IMG/VR virus record: IMGVR_UViG_3300020045_011308
Span: 1-50,136 of that record
DNA length: 50,136 bases
From: a virus
Lineage: Duplodnaviria; Caudoviricetes
Direction: 5' to 3' (one strand)
Under the pieces are notes generated by a model. That model worked only from the letters and a program-made list of their open reading frames with translations, was not told the DNA's origin and did no database searches. The position numbers were made by a program, and so were the translations under genes. Positions 17,578-28,500 of the stretch are shown here, piece by piece. Position 1 is the first letter of the stretch. Each line of letters begins with the position of its first letter.

Positions 17578-19236
17578 TCAGTTATCGTTGTGAAACCAAG
17601 CTTCTAGTGAGCCGACGGTCTTAATCTCACCTGGTATCACTATGGATTCATCACCAAACACCTTCATTCCAATAGGTGTGAGAGTTTGTTCGAGCTGATT
17701 TCTGTTCTCTTTGTATATAGTCGATCTTACATCTGAATTTGTTAGATCTTTAAAGAGTGGCTGATTAACAAGCCACGCAAATAATACGCAACACATTACA
17801 AGATCATCTGAACCGTTTTCTGCTTCAAATGAACTCCCCTTCTGAACAAAGCGATATAACTCATTGATAATTTGCTCATCTTCAACTCTTAACTTATCAT
17901 TTTCAATAAGTGATTTCAACATCACGCATCCTGTCTTTTTCACAGGTGTTGAAGTCTTGACACCCCGTCGCGTATTTGTGTGTGTACCAAATCCGAGGGT
18001 CTGCCCGGTCTTTCCATTCAAATGTGTTGAAAGAACATGTTCATATTCAAGATCGAGATACAACATATTGGCGACTTGCTCACCAATATCGTTAGTTTCA
18101 ATGAGTACTTCTGAGTTATTGTAGTGTCGCGCGGCCTCAAAAATTACATTTGGATAGAGTAGTGCGTTGATTAAATTATTACGGTATGTGCACGCAATTG
18201 TAAATGGTGTTTGCGTAACATCAAACACAATGAACGCGCTATAATCACCGCCGCCGCCTCGTGAAGTATCAACAACGGTGATATATGTTCTTCCCGGTGA
18301 TGGGTGACTATAGAACTTGAGCATATCATTATCGCGTTTGATAAGGGGCTCAATAAACGCAAGTTTGTGTAATACCCGTGGTAGAATGAGAGTGTTGCTC
18401 GACCCGATAAATTCAGTTTCATATTCTTGCGCGAACTGCTCTTCACTTGTGTTCTTGATGGTCTCTTGTTTCCAAGCTTCATCACGACCGGGTGTCTCTG
18501 ACCAGTGCACGTCGATTGGGGTATAGCTGTTACGCTTGTTGATCGCATCCATCCAAATCTTATAGAAGTAATTCAAGCCATTCGGAGTAGAGGTTACGAT
18601 AACCTTCGTAGATGTACCGGATGAAATTGTAGGGTAAACTGAAGTAAAGAACTTCTCTTGCATGTTCGAGTGAATGTGCGCGAACTCATCGAGGTATACG
18701 AGGTTCATCGAACGACCACGAATGGCGTCACCAGAGGTTGCTGATGTGAAAATTACAGCGCCGTTCTCAAGTGCGATCGAACGCTCGTTCCACTTCATGA
18801 TACCTTGTTGTAGGAACCAAGGCAACCACTCATAAGCTACTTTGATACGGGCGAGAATTTCTTGCGCTTGATCACCTTTGTTAGCAAGAATTGCGATACT
18901 GAATGTCTCGTTGAATAGAGCGTACCACAACATCATACCCACAACAATTGTGGTTTTACCAGATTGACGAGGTAGTTTGAAGATTGTGAAACGATCATTC
19001 TTGATGGCATTCGCCATCTTTACCTGATAAGGGTATGGTATGAAGTTGATGATACCACGATCAACATGAACAATCTTTACATACTTCTCAATGAAATACT
19101 GAGGATCTTCCTGGCAGCGAAGAAGCTCTTCTATCTCTTCAGGACTAAACTGTAGTGATGTACCAGCCTTTTTGAGGTTGATATTTCCCTGATAGCTGTG
19201 AAGCTGTTTGAACTCGTGGCCAACATCAGTCACCAT
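17578..19236 (-). CDS. gp17: Terminase large subunit gp17
   Basis: Walker A PRQSGKT, Walker B VYLDEFA, STPNG motif, nuclease D-T-S-R-G..DYSA and DDLVM. Confidence 0.98.
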   Translation of the reverse strand: MVTDVGHEFKQLHSYQGNINLKKAGTSLQFSPEEIEELLRCQEDPQYFIEKYVKIVHVDRGIINFIPYPYQVKMANAIKNDRFTIFKLPRQSGKTTIVVGMMLWYALFNETFSIAILANKGDQAQEILARIKVAYEWLPWFLQQGIMKWNERSIALENGAVIFTSATSGDAIRGRSMNLVYLDEFAHIHSNMQEKFFTSVYPTISSGTSTKVIVTSTPNGLNYFYKIWMDAINKRNSYTPIDVHWSETPGRDEAWKQETIKNTSEEQFAQEYETEFIGSSNTLILPRVLHKLAFIEPLIKRDNDMLKFYSHPSPGRTYITVVDTSRGGGGDYSAFIVFDVTQTPFTIACTYRNNLINALLYPNVIFEAARHYNNSEVLIETNDIGEQVANMLYLDLEYEHVLSTHLNGKTGQTLGFGTHTNTRRGVKTSTPVKKTGCVMLKSLIENDKLRVEDEQIINELYRFVQKGSSFEAENGSDDLVMCCVLFAWLVNQPLFKDLTNSDVRSTIYKENRNQLEQTLTPIGMKVFGDESIVIPGEIKTVGSLEAWFHNDN

Positions 19237-19669
19237 TTTTTCGTTCTTTCAAGAATTTCTGAAGATCTTGTGTTGTACCAACGAAAAGATTGTTGTTTGT
19301 AATAACACCACCAACTGGTTTTGCTGTCTCTGCGGCTTTCGCGATGTCCTTGCGCTTCTTAGAGAGTTCAAGTAGCGAGTTACTACTATCAACGATATTC
19401 TTCATCAGTGCGGCTACAACTTCATACGCGGACGCGCGCTGACTCTGAGAAGCAATTGTCGCTAGTTCACTTAGAGCCGAAGTGCCCACACCTATAGCTG
19501 AGCGTACATTTTCTCGAGCAAAGGTGAAATCAGCTTCCGCGATTGTATTGTCTGCTTTAGGTTCAGGGTTTGCTTCGATGAGCTCACCTTCAGAAACTGG
19601 CATAGGTGAGATATCGAGTGCTGCTTCAATACGCGCATCTGTAATAAAATCAATACCATTATTACTCAT
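19226..19669 (-). CDS. gp16: Terminase small subunit gp16
   Basis: DF..AR.N, R.YEV...L, C-terminal NNNLFVGTT.DLQK. Directly upstream of gp17. ATG at 19669 with AAGGA RBS. Confidence 0.93.
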   Translation of the reverse strand: MSNNGIDFITDARIEAALDISPMPVSEGELIEANPEPKADNTIAEADFTFARENVRSAIGVGTSALSELATIASQSQRASAYEVVAALMKNIVDSSNSLLELSKKRKDIAKAAETAKPVGGVITNNNLFVGTTQDLQKFLKERKNGD

Positions 19670-19736
19670 AAACAATCCTTTATTTTAATACTCAGTATCT
19701 ATATAATTAACAGTGTAGCTAGTGAGGTATATACGG

Positions 19737-20525
19737 TCAACTAATTATTGTGATATAACCGTAATCATCACTCTCATCAATTTCAAGATATGATATTGTA
19801 GCAGACGCGTTGGTTGTAGGTTCACCATTTGCTGTCAATCCAGGTTGAACCGTTACATTCTCAAGCACTGTATTTGTTGATAGATCGTAAAATTCAATAT
19901 TTGCAAATTTGATGATTGCATTTCGTTTGATTGGTCCAAAGAAGTGCGCTTTCATCACAAAATCAAGCTGCCACACTAACACTCTACGCTCTTCAAAATT
20001 TCCCTCGTATGTATCTTGCATTGTTACGTTTTGAAGAACAATGGGGATGTCTGTTTTGAATGGGACATCGGGAAGTAGTTCAGCTGATAGTGTAAAATCA
20101 GGTGTGAAGTATGGTAGAATCTGCTCCACAATTTTCGTACCATCTTCTGTGTTTTTCACATAGATGTAAAGCTGGAAGATGATATTGTATGGAGCAGCGG
20201 TGTATACACTCGTTCGATTGTTTGTGTTAGCAGAATCTGATTGAACAATTCTGTTTACTGTTATCATTTTTCGTGATGAGTCATACATCGGTGTCTGCAT
20301 TTCAAAAGACATTCGAGGTAATGTTATCGCCACGGGCCTATCCAAAGCTGGATCTGCAACCAAGCGAGCCAAAACTTTATCTTTCGGCGCATACGCAATA
20401 GGAACTTTAAGGGTTTGCACGGCATCATTTGTGTCGTTTGACCTGTTAATGTAGATATTGTTGAAAAGCGTCCCAAAGATTGTGACATATTTTCTAAATA
20501 ACTGGTGATAGAAAGTTGTGAACAT
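19737..20525 (-). CDS. gp15: Tail sheath stabiliser / completion protein gp15
   Basis: FGTLFN.I, KVPI.Y.PK.K, LPRMSFE, VEQILPYF.P motifs. Confidence 0.95.
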   Translation of the reverse strand: MFTTFYHQLFRKYVTIFGTLFNNIYINRSNDTNDAVQTLKVPIAYAPKDKVLARLVADPALDRPVAITLPRMSFEMQTPMYDSSRKMITVNRIVQSDSANTNNRTSVYTAAPYNIIFQLYIYVKNTEDGTKIVEQILPYFTPDFTLSAELLPDVPFKTDIPIVLQNVTMQDTYEGNFEERRVLVWQLDFVMKAHFFGPIKRNAIIKFANIEFYDLSTNTVLENVTVQPGLTANGEPTTNASATISYLEIDESDDYGYITIIS

Positions 20526-21247
20526 TATATATCATTCTCACTAAAGGGGTTAATCTCAGAGAAGTCTAGAATATCAGCAGCCTCATCTTGAATTACCGCA
20601 TTATCAGCGAGTGGATCAAAGGTATCAAGATTGAATGCTTCTTGAATGATTGGGAAACCACTCTCAGTATACAGCATCTTACCATCTTCTGTAAGAATAG
20701 AGAAGTTTGTAAGCTCGGTGTTAATAGTTGCAACAATATCATCAATCTCTGTGATGCCAGTGTTGAAGTACTCACCACTATATTCGAACAACTCACATTT
20801 GATATCCCACACTTGAAGTGAACCGAGTGGGTAAAACATAGATTCGTGCTCTACAAATTTAATCTGGAACAATTTGTTATTGAGAGGGAAGTAAACAATA
20901 TCACCCTCTCGTGGCCGCACAATTGAAGCAGGTGTACCTACATTAGTTTCAAACGAGGTGCGTGCAACTGTAAAGGTGACCTGGTCACGTATCTGAATGT
21001 TGAACTTTGAGAGAAAATCACCCTCTCCAGCAAAACCTTCAACATTCTTAATGTAGAATTCACATAGGTGAGAGCTTACATACTCAGTTTGAGTATCTGC
21101 TCCATGAAGCTGATCCACCTCAACCTCGGTACGTGGTAGATAATACATGTCAAGGCCATACTGCTTAATTGACTCTACAATTAAATCAGTATGAAGACCC
21201 TGTTCTGCAGTGCTTGTGTAGTTAGTGAAGTATTGATTTGTTGGCAT
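20525..21247 (-). CDS. gp14: Neck protein gp14
   Basis: ESIK.YG.D.YY.PR, RPREGD.VYFP, FQIKFVEHE..FY.LG, CELFEYS.E, DFSE.NPF. Confidence 0.95.
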   Translation of the reverse strand: MPTNQYFTNYTSTAEQGLHTDLIVESIKQYGLDMYYLPRTEVEVDQLHGADTQTEYVSSHLCEFYIKNVEGFAGEGDFLSKFNIQIRDQVTFTVARTSFETNVGTPASIVRPREGDIVYFPLNNKLFQIKFVEHESMFYPLGSLQVWDIKCELFEYSGEYFNTGITEIDDIVATINTELTNFSILTEDGKMLYTESGFPIIQEAFNLDTFDPLADNAVIQDEAADILDFSEINPFSENDI

Positions 21248-22203
21248 TAACCGACCATATCAGACACTGGAAGCGAGAATGTGTTTATCAGAGTATCTTT
21301 CATTTTCGCAATTTCATTCTCAGCGTCATCAAGAATTTTCTCACCATTAAATGTGATTCCACCAGGGAGCTGAAGACCTGAGAACTTTGTGAGATTTGAT
21401 CCCCACTGATACTTGATTTGAGCCGTTGTAAATTGCTGCAACCAGATGTCAGACCATACATCAGACGGTAGCTCGAATGAAACAGTACCATCTGTAACAG
21501 CCGCGGTTGTGTTGTTTGTAAGTACAATCACAGTGTTACTTGTTACTGATTCAACAAAGGTATTGGAAGGAATACCTGTTCCTGAGACTTCAGAACCAAC
21601 AACAACATCGGAGAATGATAGTGTTGTTGTTAGAGTATCTGTGTTAGATGTGAAGGTGGTGTTGGCAACATCAAACTCACCATCGGCGGGGTCAATCTTC
21701 TGATAGGCCTCAACAACAAGCCACTTACCCTCCGTCATACGTGAGGAACTTACATCAATCATTAAACGGTCATTGTGACGCTGATATCGAATTAGTGGGC
21801 GCCCTACAAGTACTTCAGATATCAACGCGTAGTTCATACGTGTAATATAATAGTTCGCCAAACCCATCGCGTTAATCTGAAAAATGGTATCCATCGCTAT
21901 TTGATAGTCGATGTTAAATAACTCACCGTGACCTGTTGTGAGATAGCCCAAATCAAACAACCTCGTCACACTAATGATACCCTCGGGAAGAGTGATGTAC
22001 TTATTCGCTATTGTTTCCGCAGTGATTTGATGCTTGTAGTAAACCTTTTCCACAGCATCATAGTGATAATCCCAATACCAGCGAAGTGACTCATCGAGCC
22101 GATCATCTACCTGATCAGCGCTTACATTGATGTCTATTACTGGTTTACCGAGTTTGCGGAGGCAGAACTCTTTGAATTGTGAGCGTGTAACGGGAACGGC
22201 CAT
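21247..22203 (-). CDS. gp13: Neck protein gp13 with a ~70-aa beta-rich insertion
   Basis: CLRKLG.PVI.INV...Q..DR, K.QWG.NL.KF.G.QLPGG.T.NG. An extra S/T-rich segment lies between IDP and DVW. Confidence 0.95.
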   Translation of the reverse strand: MAVPVTRSQFKEFCLRKLGKPVIDINVSADQVDDRLDESLRWYWDYHYDAVEKVYYKHQITAETIANKYITLPEGIISVTRLFDLGYLTTGHGELFNIDYQIAMDTIFQINAMGLANYYITRMNYALISEVLVGRPLIRYQRHNDRLMIDVSSSRMTEGKWLVVEAYQKIDPADGEFDVANTTFTSNTDTLTTTLSFSDVVVGSEVSGTGIPSNTFVESVTSNTVIVLTNNTTAAVTDGTVSFELPSDVWSDIWLQQFTTAQIKYQWGSNLTKFSGLQLPGGITFNGEKILDDAENEIAKMKDTLINTFSLPVSDMVG

Positions 22204-22227
22204 TTTAATACCTCGTTGTTAACGCAG

Positions 22228-22235
22228 TATTTATA
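22228..22235 (-). promoter_or_regulatory. T4-type late promoter TATAAATA
   Basis: Exact consensus, intergenic, upstream of gp13 (GAGG RBS). Confidence 0.85.
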
Positions 22236-22242
22236 ACAACAG

Positions 22243-22656
22243 TTAGCCCCAAATCTTGATTGTGTAGAAGTTGCCAGCTACGAACCCCGTCTTGTTGTTC
22301 ACCCATGTAAACTTTGTTGAGCCGGAGCTTGCGGAGTGTGAGCAGTCTATTGTATCATATCGTTTGCTGAGTTCTTCGATAGTGATGTATTTAATATCAC
22401 ATACGAGAGGCCATCTATCATTCGAAAACACAGAATAAAAGAATTCAAGTACAAAACCATTCGCGGACGACGAATCATACACTCGTCCCACTGACCAAAA
22501 TCTCGTGATATAATTTCTATTTTCTTTAATGTATGTAGGATCAGGTGTAAGTGGTGCAACGCCCGTACCCGCGCTACCCACACCGACACCATTATTATTA
22601 GCAGTAAAAGTGCAGGTGACTAATCTCTGTGAAATGTGTGTTATAGGGCACAGCAT
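22243..22656 (-). CDS. Hypothetical protein, possible fibre-tip/receptor-binding subunit
   Basis: TAATG-coupled to the fibre gene, aromatic-rich beta composition. Confidence 0.55.
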   Translation of the reverse strand: MLCPITHISQRLVTCTFTANNNGVGVGSAGTGVAPLTPDPTYIKENRNYITRFWSVGRVYDSSSANGFVLEFFYSVFSNDRWPLVCDIKYITIEELSKRYDTIDCSHSASSGSTKFTWVNNKTGFVAGNFYTIKIWG

Positions 22657-25322
22657 TATGAAGTGTACCCCACCATTGCACCACCGAAGAGATTAGTTCC
22701 ATCGCACACAAAGGTGAAAATATCATGTGAACTAGCCACCGTAGATATAGTGGGTGCAACACCACCAACAAATTTGAAGACGCTATTCCATGAGGAAATG
22801 GTTCTCGATCCCGTACCATCTTGATATAGGTGCAGAACATATATACCAATCTTCAAATTTGTTGGTGCAGACATTATCCTGTTACCCGTAAGAGTATAGG
22901 ACGCGATGCCACCGAGATCGGCGTTCCAATCAATGTGTGTAGCGTTAGCAGTAAGTGTCTGGGCAACATAGGAGGGATTAGTGTTTGATACATATCCCGC
23001 GGCGGGCACACCACCTAAGTATGAAGCGTTGTTAGAAGATTGTGTTGCGAGATACGCCGCATTGACGAATACCCCTGTTGCGTTTGCAACGAGGCCAGTA
23101 TTCGCTAGTACTGTTAGCGTTCTCGTAGTGGCTATTGTACCACCACCAGTGAGTCCATTACCCGCAGTAATTGATACTGTCGTATGGTCGATGTGATCAT
23201 TAGCATCATAATTTAATGCGGCATCGTGATTTGCAAACACACCCGTAGTATTTGCAATGATACCGGTGTTAGCTTTTACGAACACACCCGTTGAATTTGC
23301 AATAATTCCGTTATTTGCAAGTACAGCGAGAGATCTGGTCGCAGCAATTGTACCACCACCTGATAGACCGTTACCAGCTGTAATTGATACAGTTGAATGG
23401 TCAATGTGATCATTAGCATCGTATCCAGATGTAGCATCATGGCTTACATAGATGTGTGTTGCATTCGTTACAACACCGAGAGTTGTTGTGACAAATGTAG
23501 GTGAGTGTACAGTTGAGTTACCTGTGAGTACAATTTGACCAACCGTTGGCGATGAAGTAACTGCAAACGACGAAGCGTTTGAGTATATAAGACCACCACC
23601 AGCCGCAGTAAGTGAGGCACCAGTACCACCATCAGCGAGTAGAATATCAGTGCCACCAACACGGTACACATATGCACCACTCGCCGTTAGATTAGCTGTG
23701 AAGTTTGCATTTGCTGCAACATTGAAGCTTGTACCTGTAACAGCGGTATTTGTTCCACTGAGGGTAAGAAGCGCGCCGCTAAATGTTGTGTTACTTGTAA
23801 ATGTTTGAACTGCAGCGAGAACTGCAAACGTGCTGTTTGCAACTGCGGGGAATGCATGTTGCGTGGTTCCAGAAGAACCAGCGCCAGCGGAAATAATAGG
23901 CGCTGTACCACTAAATGTCTGATTAGAGCTAAACGCCGTCGTACCATTTGTAACAACAACAGTTGCGTTAGCAGTTGCTGGAAGTGTGTGTTGTGATGTT
24001 GCCGAAGGACCAATTACCGCAGTAATCACGTTACCACTGATTGTTGCGCGGCCGCCTATTACAACATTACCTGATACATTCGCTGTACCTACAACCTGTA
24101 GCTTAGCATTAGGCGTCTGTGTTCCGATACCAACGTTAGCGCTGGCGCCAACCTCAATAAACAACGATGTTACGGTTGAGTTACCAAAAAATGCATTGTT
24201 TGCTACTTCAAGATTTGAGAACCAACCGAGCCAACGATTAGTTGTATTACCAAGGTTATATGTGTCATCTGTGCCCGGTGTAAAATCACCGTTTGCGATA
24301 CCACTAAACGTCAAAGCACCGTTAACTTGAAGGTCGCCCTCAACAGTAAGTGTATTGTAGAAGCGCGTATCACCACGAACAGCTAAAACTTCTGTGGCTG
24401 ATGGTGCGGTATTAATACCGAGACGGTTATTTGTAGTATCAATTACAAACGTTGTAGTATCAATCGCAACGTTACCTGTAACAGCGAAAGTACCATCGAG
24501 TGTTAGTGTTGATCCCGGTGCGGTGTTACCAATACCAACACGATTGTTAACTACATCAACAAATAATACATTTGTATCAACAGCGACGTTAACACTCGCT
24601 GTAATGAGTGTTGTATTTGTTACGAGTACACCAGTAAGTGAAGTATTACCTGATGTAGTTAATGTTGTAGTGTTTGTGTGTCCCTGTGCGTTGAGATTAG
24701 CAACAAGAGTTGTAATACCACCAACACGAAGAGTACCGGTGGCAACATTTACCGACGCTCCGTTAATAGTTACGTTACCCGCTGCAGTAATGTTGTTCGC
24801 GAGTATAAAACCAGAGGATGTTAAGTTACTCTGGAAAGTAACTAGTTGTTTGAATACTGATGAATCAGAGTTGATCGTGAAAGTGTTACCACCAACTTCA
24901 AACTTATCAACGAGATAACTAACATTTGCGAGCCATGAACTATTACCTGTTACAAGCATGTTCTCGAGAATGACGTATGTATTCTGCGAGTAGATTGAAG
25001 TGTTTGAAGGTGCAGTTGTGTTACCAACCTGTGTCTGATAACCACTGATACGAACATTTGAACTTATGGTGCTGTTACTGAACCCAATAACAAGTGCACC
25101 GTATGATTGAACGTTACCACCGCGCAGGAAATCAGTAGAGAGGGTAGTAGATGATAAAATACCGTTAACAAATGCATTGCCGGTTGTTAGATCACCATTT
25201 GCTGATGTCTGACTAACTGTGATGACATAGGTCGTGAGAGCACCAAGAAGGATATTGGTTTTGTTAATCCAACCCTCAAAGGTGTCTGATGCTGTTGCAA
25301 CATTAGCTACTGATCTTGCCAT
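22656..25322 (-). CDS. Tail fibre protein (888 aa)
   Basis: N-terminal DTFEGW..KTN anchor, NRVGIG/VGIGTQTP repeats, AGNGL.GGG repeats and a C-terminal QDGTGSRT..W...FKF.GG..P domain. Confidence 0.8.
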   Translation of the reverse strand: MARSVANVATASDTFEGWINKTNILLGALTTYVITVSQTSANGDLTTGNAFVNGILSSTTLSTDFLRGGNVQSYGALVIGFSNSTISSNVRISGYQTQVGNTTAPSNTSIYSQNTYVILENMLVTGNSSWLANVSYLVDKFEVGGNTFTINSDSSVFKQLVTFQSNLTSSGFILANNITAAGNVTINGASVNVATGTLRVGGITTLVANLNAQGHTNTTTLTTSGNTSLTGVLVTNTTLITASVNVAVDTNVLFVDVVNNRVGIGNTAPGSTLTLDGTFAVTGNVAIDTTTFVIDTTNNRLGINTAPSATEVLAVRGDTRFYNTLTVEGDLQVNGALTFSGIANGDFTPGTDDTYNLGNTTNRWLGWFSNLEVANNAFFGNSTVTSLFIEVGASANVGIGTQTPNAKLQVVGTANVSGNVVIGGRATISGNVITAVIGPSATSQHTLPATANATVVVTNGTTAFSSNQTFSGTAPIISAGAGSSGTTQHAFPAVANSTFAVLAAVQTFTSNTTFSGALLTLSGTNTAVTGTSFNVAANANFTANLTASGAYVYRVGGTDILLADGGTGASLTAAGGGLIYSNASSFAVTSSPTVGQIVLTGNSTVHSPTFVTTTLGVVTNATHIYVSHDATSGYDANDHIDHSTVSITAGNGLSGGGTIAATRSLAVLANNGIIANSTGVFVKANTGIIANTTGVFANHDAALNYDANDHIDHTTVSITAGNGLTGGGTIATTRTLTVLANTGLVANATGVFVNAAYLATQSSNNASYLGGVPAAGYVSNTNPSYVAQTLTANATHIDWNADLGGIASYTLTGNRIMSAPTNLKIGIYVLHLYQDGTGSRTISSWNSVFKFVGGVAPTISTVASSHDIFTFVCDGTNLFGGAMVGYTS

Positions 25323-25323
25323 C

Positions 25324-25530
25324 TTATTCTCTCGTTAGTAATTCTTTTATTAGACTTTTTATCTCGGATAATTCCGATTCTATCTTATTGATTTTCTTAT
25401 CAACCTCTGCAGCTCGCTGTAACTCTGCACGCTGTTGTTTGTATCTGTTAAAAGCGTTCTTGTTATTATTTATAACAGCCCCACACTTTGTATCTTTTAC
25501 AAAATCAGGGTCGTTCGTTTTTGTAAGCAT
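25324..25530 (-). CDS. Small conserved coiled-coil protein following the DUF4815 gene
   Basis: KD...GAVIN.....F..YK..R..IESELSEIKSLIKEL pattern and position match the small ORF seen here in T4-like cyanophage-type genomes. Confidence 0.75.
   Translation of the reverse strand: MLTKTNDPDFVKDTKCGAVINNNKNAFNRYKQQRAELQRAAEVDKKINKIESELSEIKSLIKELLTRE
25467..25474 (-). promoter_or_regulatory. T4-type late promoter TATAAATA (intragenic)
   Basis: Exact consensus inside the 68-aa ORF, about 145 nt upstream of the fibre gene. Confidence 0.55.
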
Positions 25531-28500
25531 TATACAGATACGGCGATTGCTCGAACGTCATCAACACGTGGAACAAGTGAATATAAGTCAGATGCGAGCA
25601 CGATCTTAATTGCGAAGATCTTGAAACCATCGTATGCAGCACCACTCGTATTGAAGTAGCGTACAATACCACTATCATCCTCGTAGTTCTTGTATGCTGT
25701 TTTCTGGCGCGTCACAAGCTTAATTAGCGTGCCAGTTGAGTTGAGAGTTGTATCTGTAACTACAGCAATTACGGTTGAGTTAGCAGAAGTCACCTTACGA
25801 ACCTCATAGTCGCCTGTCACCGAATTCTCAAGTACAATAATATCACCAGCTGCAACGTTCGCTGAGAGATCAATTGGAGTATTGATGAGAGTATTAGCAT
25901 TGGTTGTTACACCAGCACTTAATTGTGTTGCATAAGGCTGTTCAGCGAACGTATATTCAAATTCACGGTAATCATTTTTATTTGATGTTGAGCTGAATAC
26001 TGAATTTGATGTTACCTGCTCGAGCAACGACCAATCTTTATCGTTGAAATTGTCAGAATCAGATTCACTCATAATCTTTGCGTACACGTAGATCTCTGTA
26101 CCTACTGGTTTGTAGGCTGTGAGATACACTTTCAAATCCTCTGACTCTTGACCATCAGCGAGTACAACCTGTTTGGTTAAGTATTTAGCATGAGCGTTAC
26201 CACTCATGAGATGCTCGTCTGTCACATCATTGTTGATATCGTAAGCGTATCTTAAGATATTTGGTGAGCTTGCTCCAAATATTGGCGAGATGTAATCGCT
26301 GCCGCTCGCTAGAGTTATCGTTGCGTTGAATGATTTTGCGCTAAACCCATATTGGTGTTCATTCGAACGACTTCTGAGCTTACCATCAAATGGTAAGTAA
26401 TTGGTTGAACCAAACGCGTAGCTGTTGCTTACCAGTGTGTTCGATGCGTTCATAAATGACGCACTCATCGCAATTGATGTTCCTGGATATACAATGTTGT
26501 TGAACAAGCTTTCGAAGTGACTGATGTTGATATCATCAACAGAGCCAATTGTGAGTGTCTGATTGTTGTTAGCAATTAACACATCATTATTAGCAAAGTA
26601 AATCGTGCTGTTTGCAGTTGAATCTTTCAATACAACTGTTGAGATTGTTGAATCAACACCATCGATAATACCCACTATCACCTTTTCAGCGAAAACAGCA
26701 TTTGTAGTATTTGAAGAAAACTGTGGATGTTTGTTCAAGGTGATGCTTGGGAGAGCAACATTAACAACTCTCACAATATCAAAGTCTGTATCAAGTTTGT
26801 GAAATCCAACACCTGTCTGAGCAGCAGCAAATGGTCGTGTAACTTGCATCGAGATGCTGTTTGTAACAGCTGTAACACGACGAACCTGTACATTCGCAGC
26901 ACTATCCATATTTACATAGATGTAGTCATTTACTGCGAAATCTGTATCGAATGATGTACCGTTACCCACAATTACATTCGAAGTAGCATTAACAGCAACA
27001 TTACCTGTAAGGTTAGCAACAGAACCACTATCGTGAATCAATAAGAGATAATCACCAGCTGTAACTTGTGAGCTTACAGCTGTATTAGCATCAGTTACAA
27101 TGTTGTTTGTTGTGAGAGTTACAAAGGATCCACTGATGTATGTGTTGCCAAATCGTCCAACTGGCATACCAGCTGTTACTGATCCCGACGAATTAGAGAT
27201 TGAAAGGAACTCTCTATCATCATTCACAAGTGTAATAGTTCCTGATGTTACACTAAACTGAGCAAAGTAGAGTGATACTTTGAGATCTTCACCCTGTACC
27301 GCTGTCCACGTTGTAGCATTTGTGGAGAGAAACATCGCCCCATAAGCCCAATCCTGATTCTTTGTGAGGGAGCTCGCAACATCAGTACCACCAGCTTCAC
27401 CAGTCCATACAACATATTCAGGTGAATTGGCTTCGGGAAGAAGACAGATCGCGTATTCTTCGCCAGCTCTTAGGAATACCGGTGTATCAAATACTACTGT
27501 TGTAGCAGTTGCAGCAGTATTACTTGTGTTGACTTCATCACTACGAAGTCTTGTGCGAGCAAGAATCTCTGATGTAGGTATACCGAGGCGTACGGTTCTG
27601 ATTTCAACGACAATACCAAAGGTAGGATCCTTCTCCTTGAAGTAAAGATCCGCTTTAGTGAGGTTAATACCCTCATTACCCCTTGCAACCTCTGGACTAA
27701 TTATAAATGACTGCGCTAGGGGATCTTCATTATCAACATTTTGTATTGAAATAACAGTTGCTCTATCAAAATCTACACGCTCTGTTGTTGATGTAGATGC
27801 AGCATTTATAACATTTACACCTGAAGCAAAAGTCTGTCCTGTGTTGAATGAGAGGTTTCCCTTTTCAACATTAAAGTTAAATGCGTTGAACTTGGCAGCG
27901 GCCTTCGAAATAGCAGTATCCCATGATGCCCTATCGCTTACGTTGAATATGTTAAGCGTGCGATCTCCAACGAGGAACATGCCCTCAGGAATATCAAACT
28001 TACCTGCTATTGTACCATATTCATCCGCAACAAGAGCATCACCAACAATACCAGACTCATAGTAATCAGTTGGATCATCACTCCAACTACCCGCAGTATG
28101 AATCTTCATAGGTGTAATGTAGGCATCGACATCTTTCTCATCAAACCATACATAGTGCCTTGTATCAGGACGTAGACCAGATGCAAAGAAGTATATTGAT
28201 TGAGCGCGAATGAATGGGCTCATTGTGAAGTTTGTTACGAAACTACCAACCTCTGTTTGCTTTCCAGTTGTAACACCAGGGGTCAACTGCAAGTAATCCC
28301 ACTTATGTGTTGTAGTATTGATTGTAGTTAAGTGCTCTATCGACGTGTTCAGTACCGAAGTAAATCGACCCGTACCACTCTCAACTTGATCAAATGTATT
28401 TGCGCGATTTTGGAAGGTGGTTGATTGTACATCAGAGGATTCATTCACTTTAATGAATTTAAATGCATCATTTACTGAGTTGATGATGCTCTCAAGACCC

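Noticed and set aside
19696-19703. TATAGATA as a late promoter for gp16
   Set aside because: The position is plausible but it mismatches the consensus core, so support is insufficient for a feature call.
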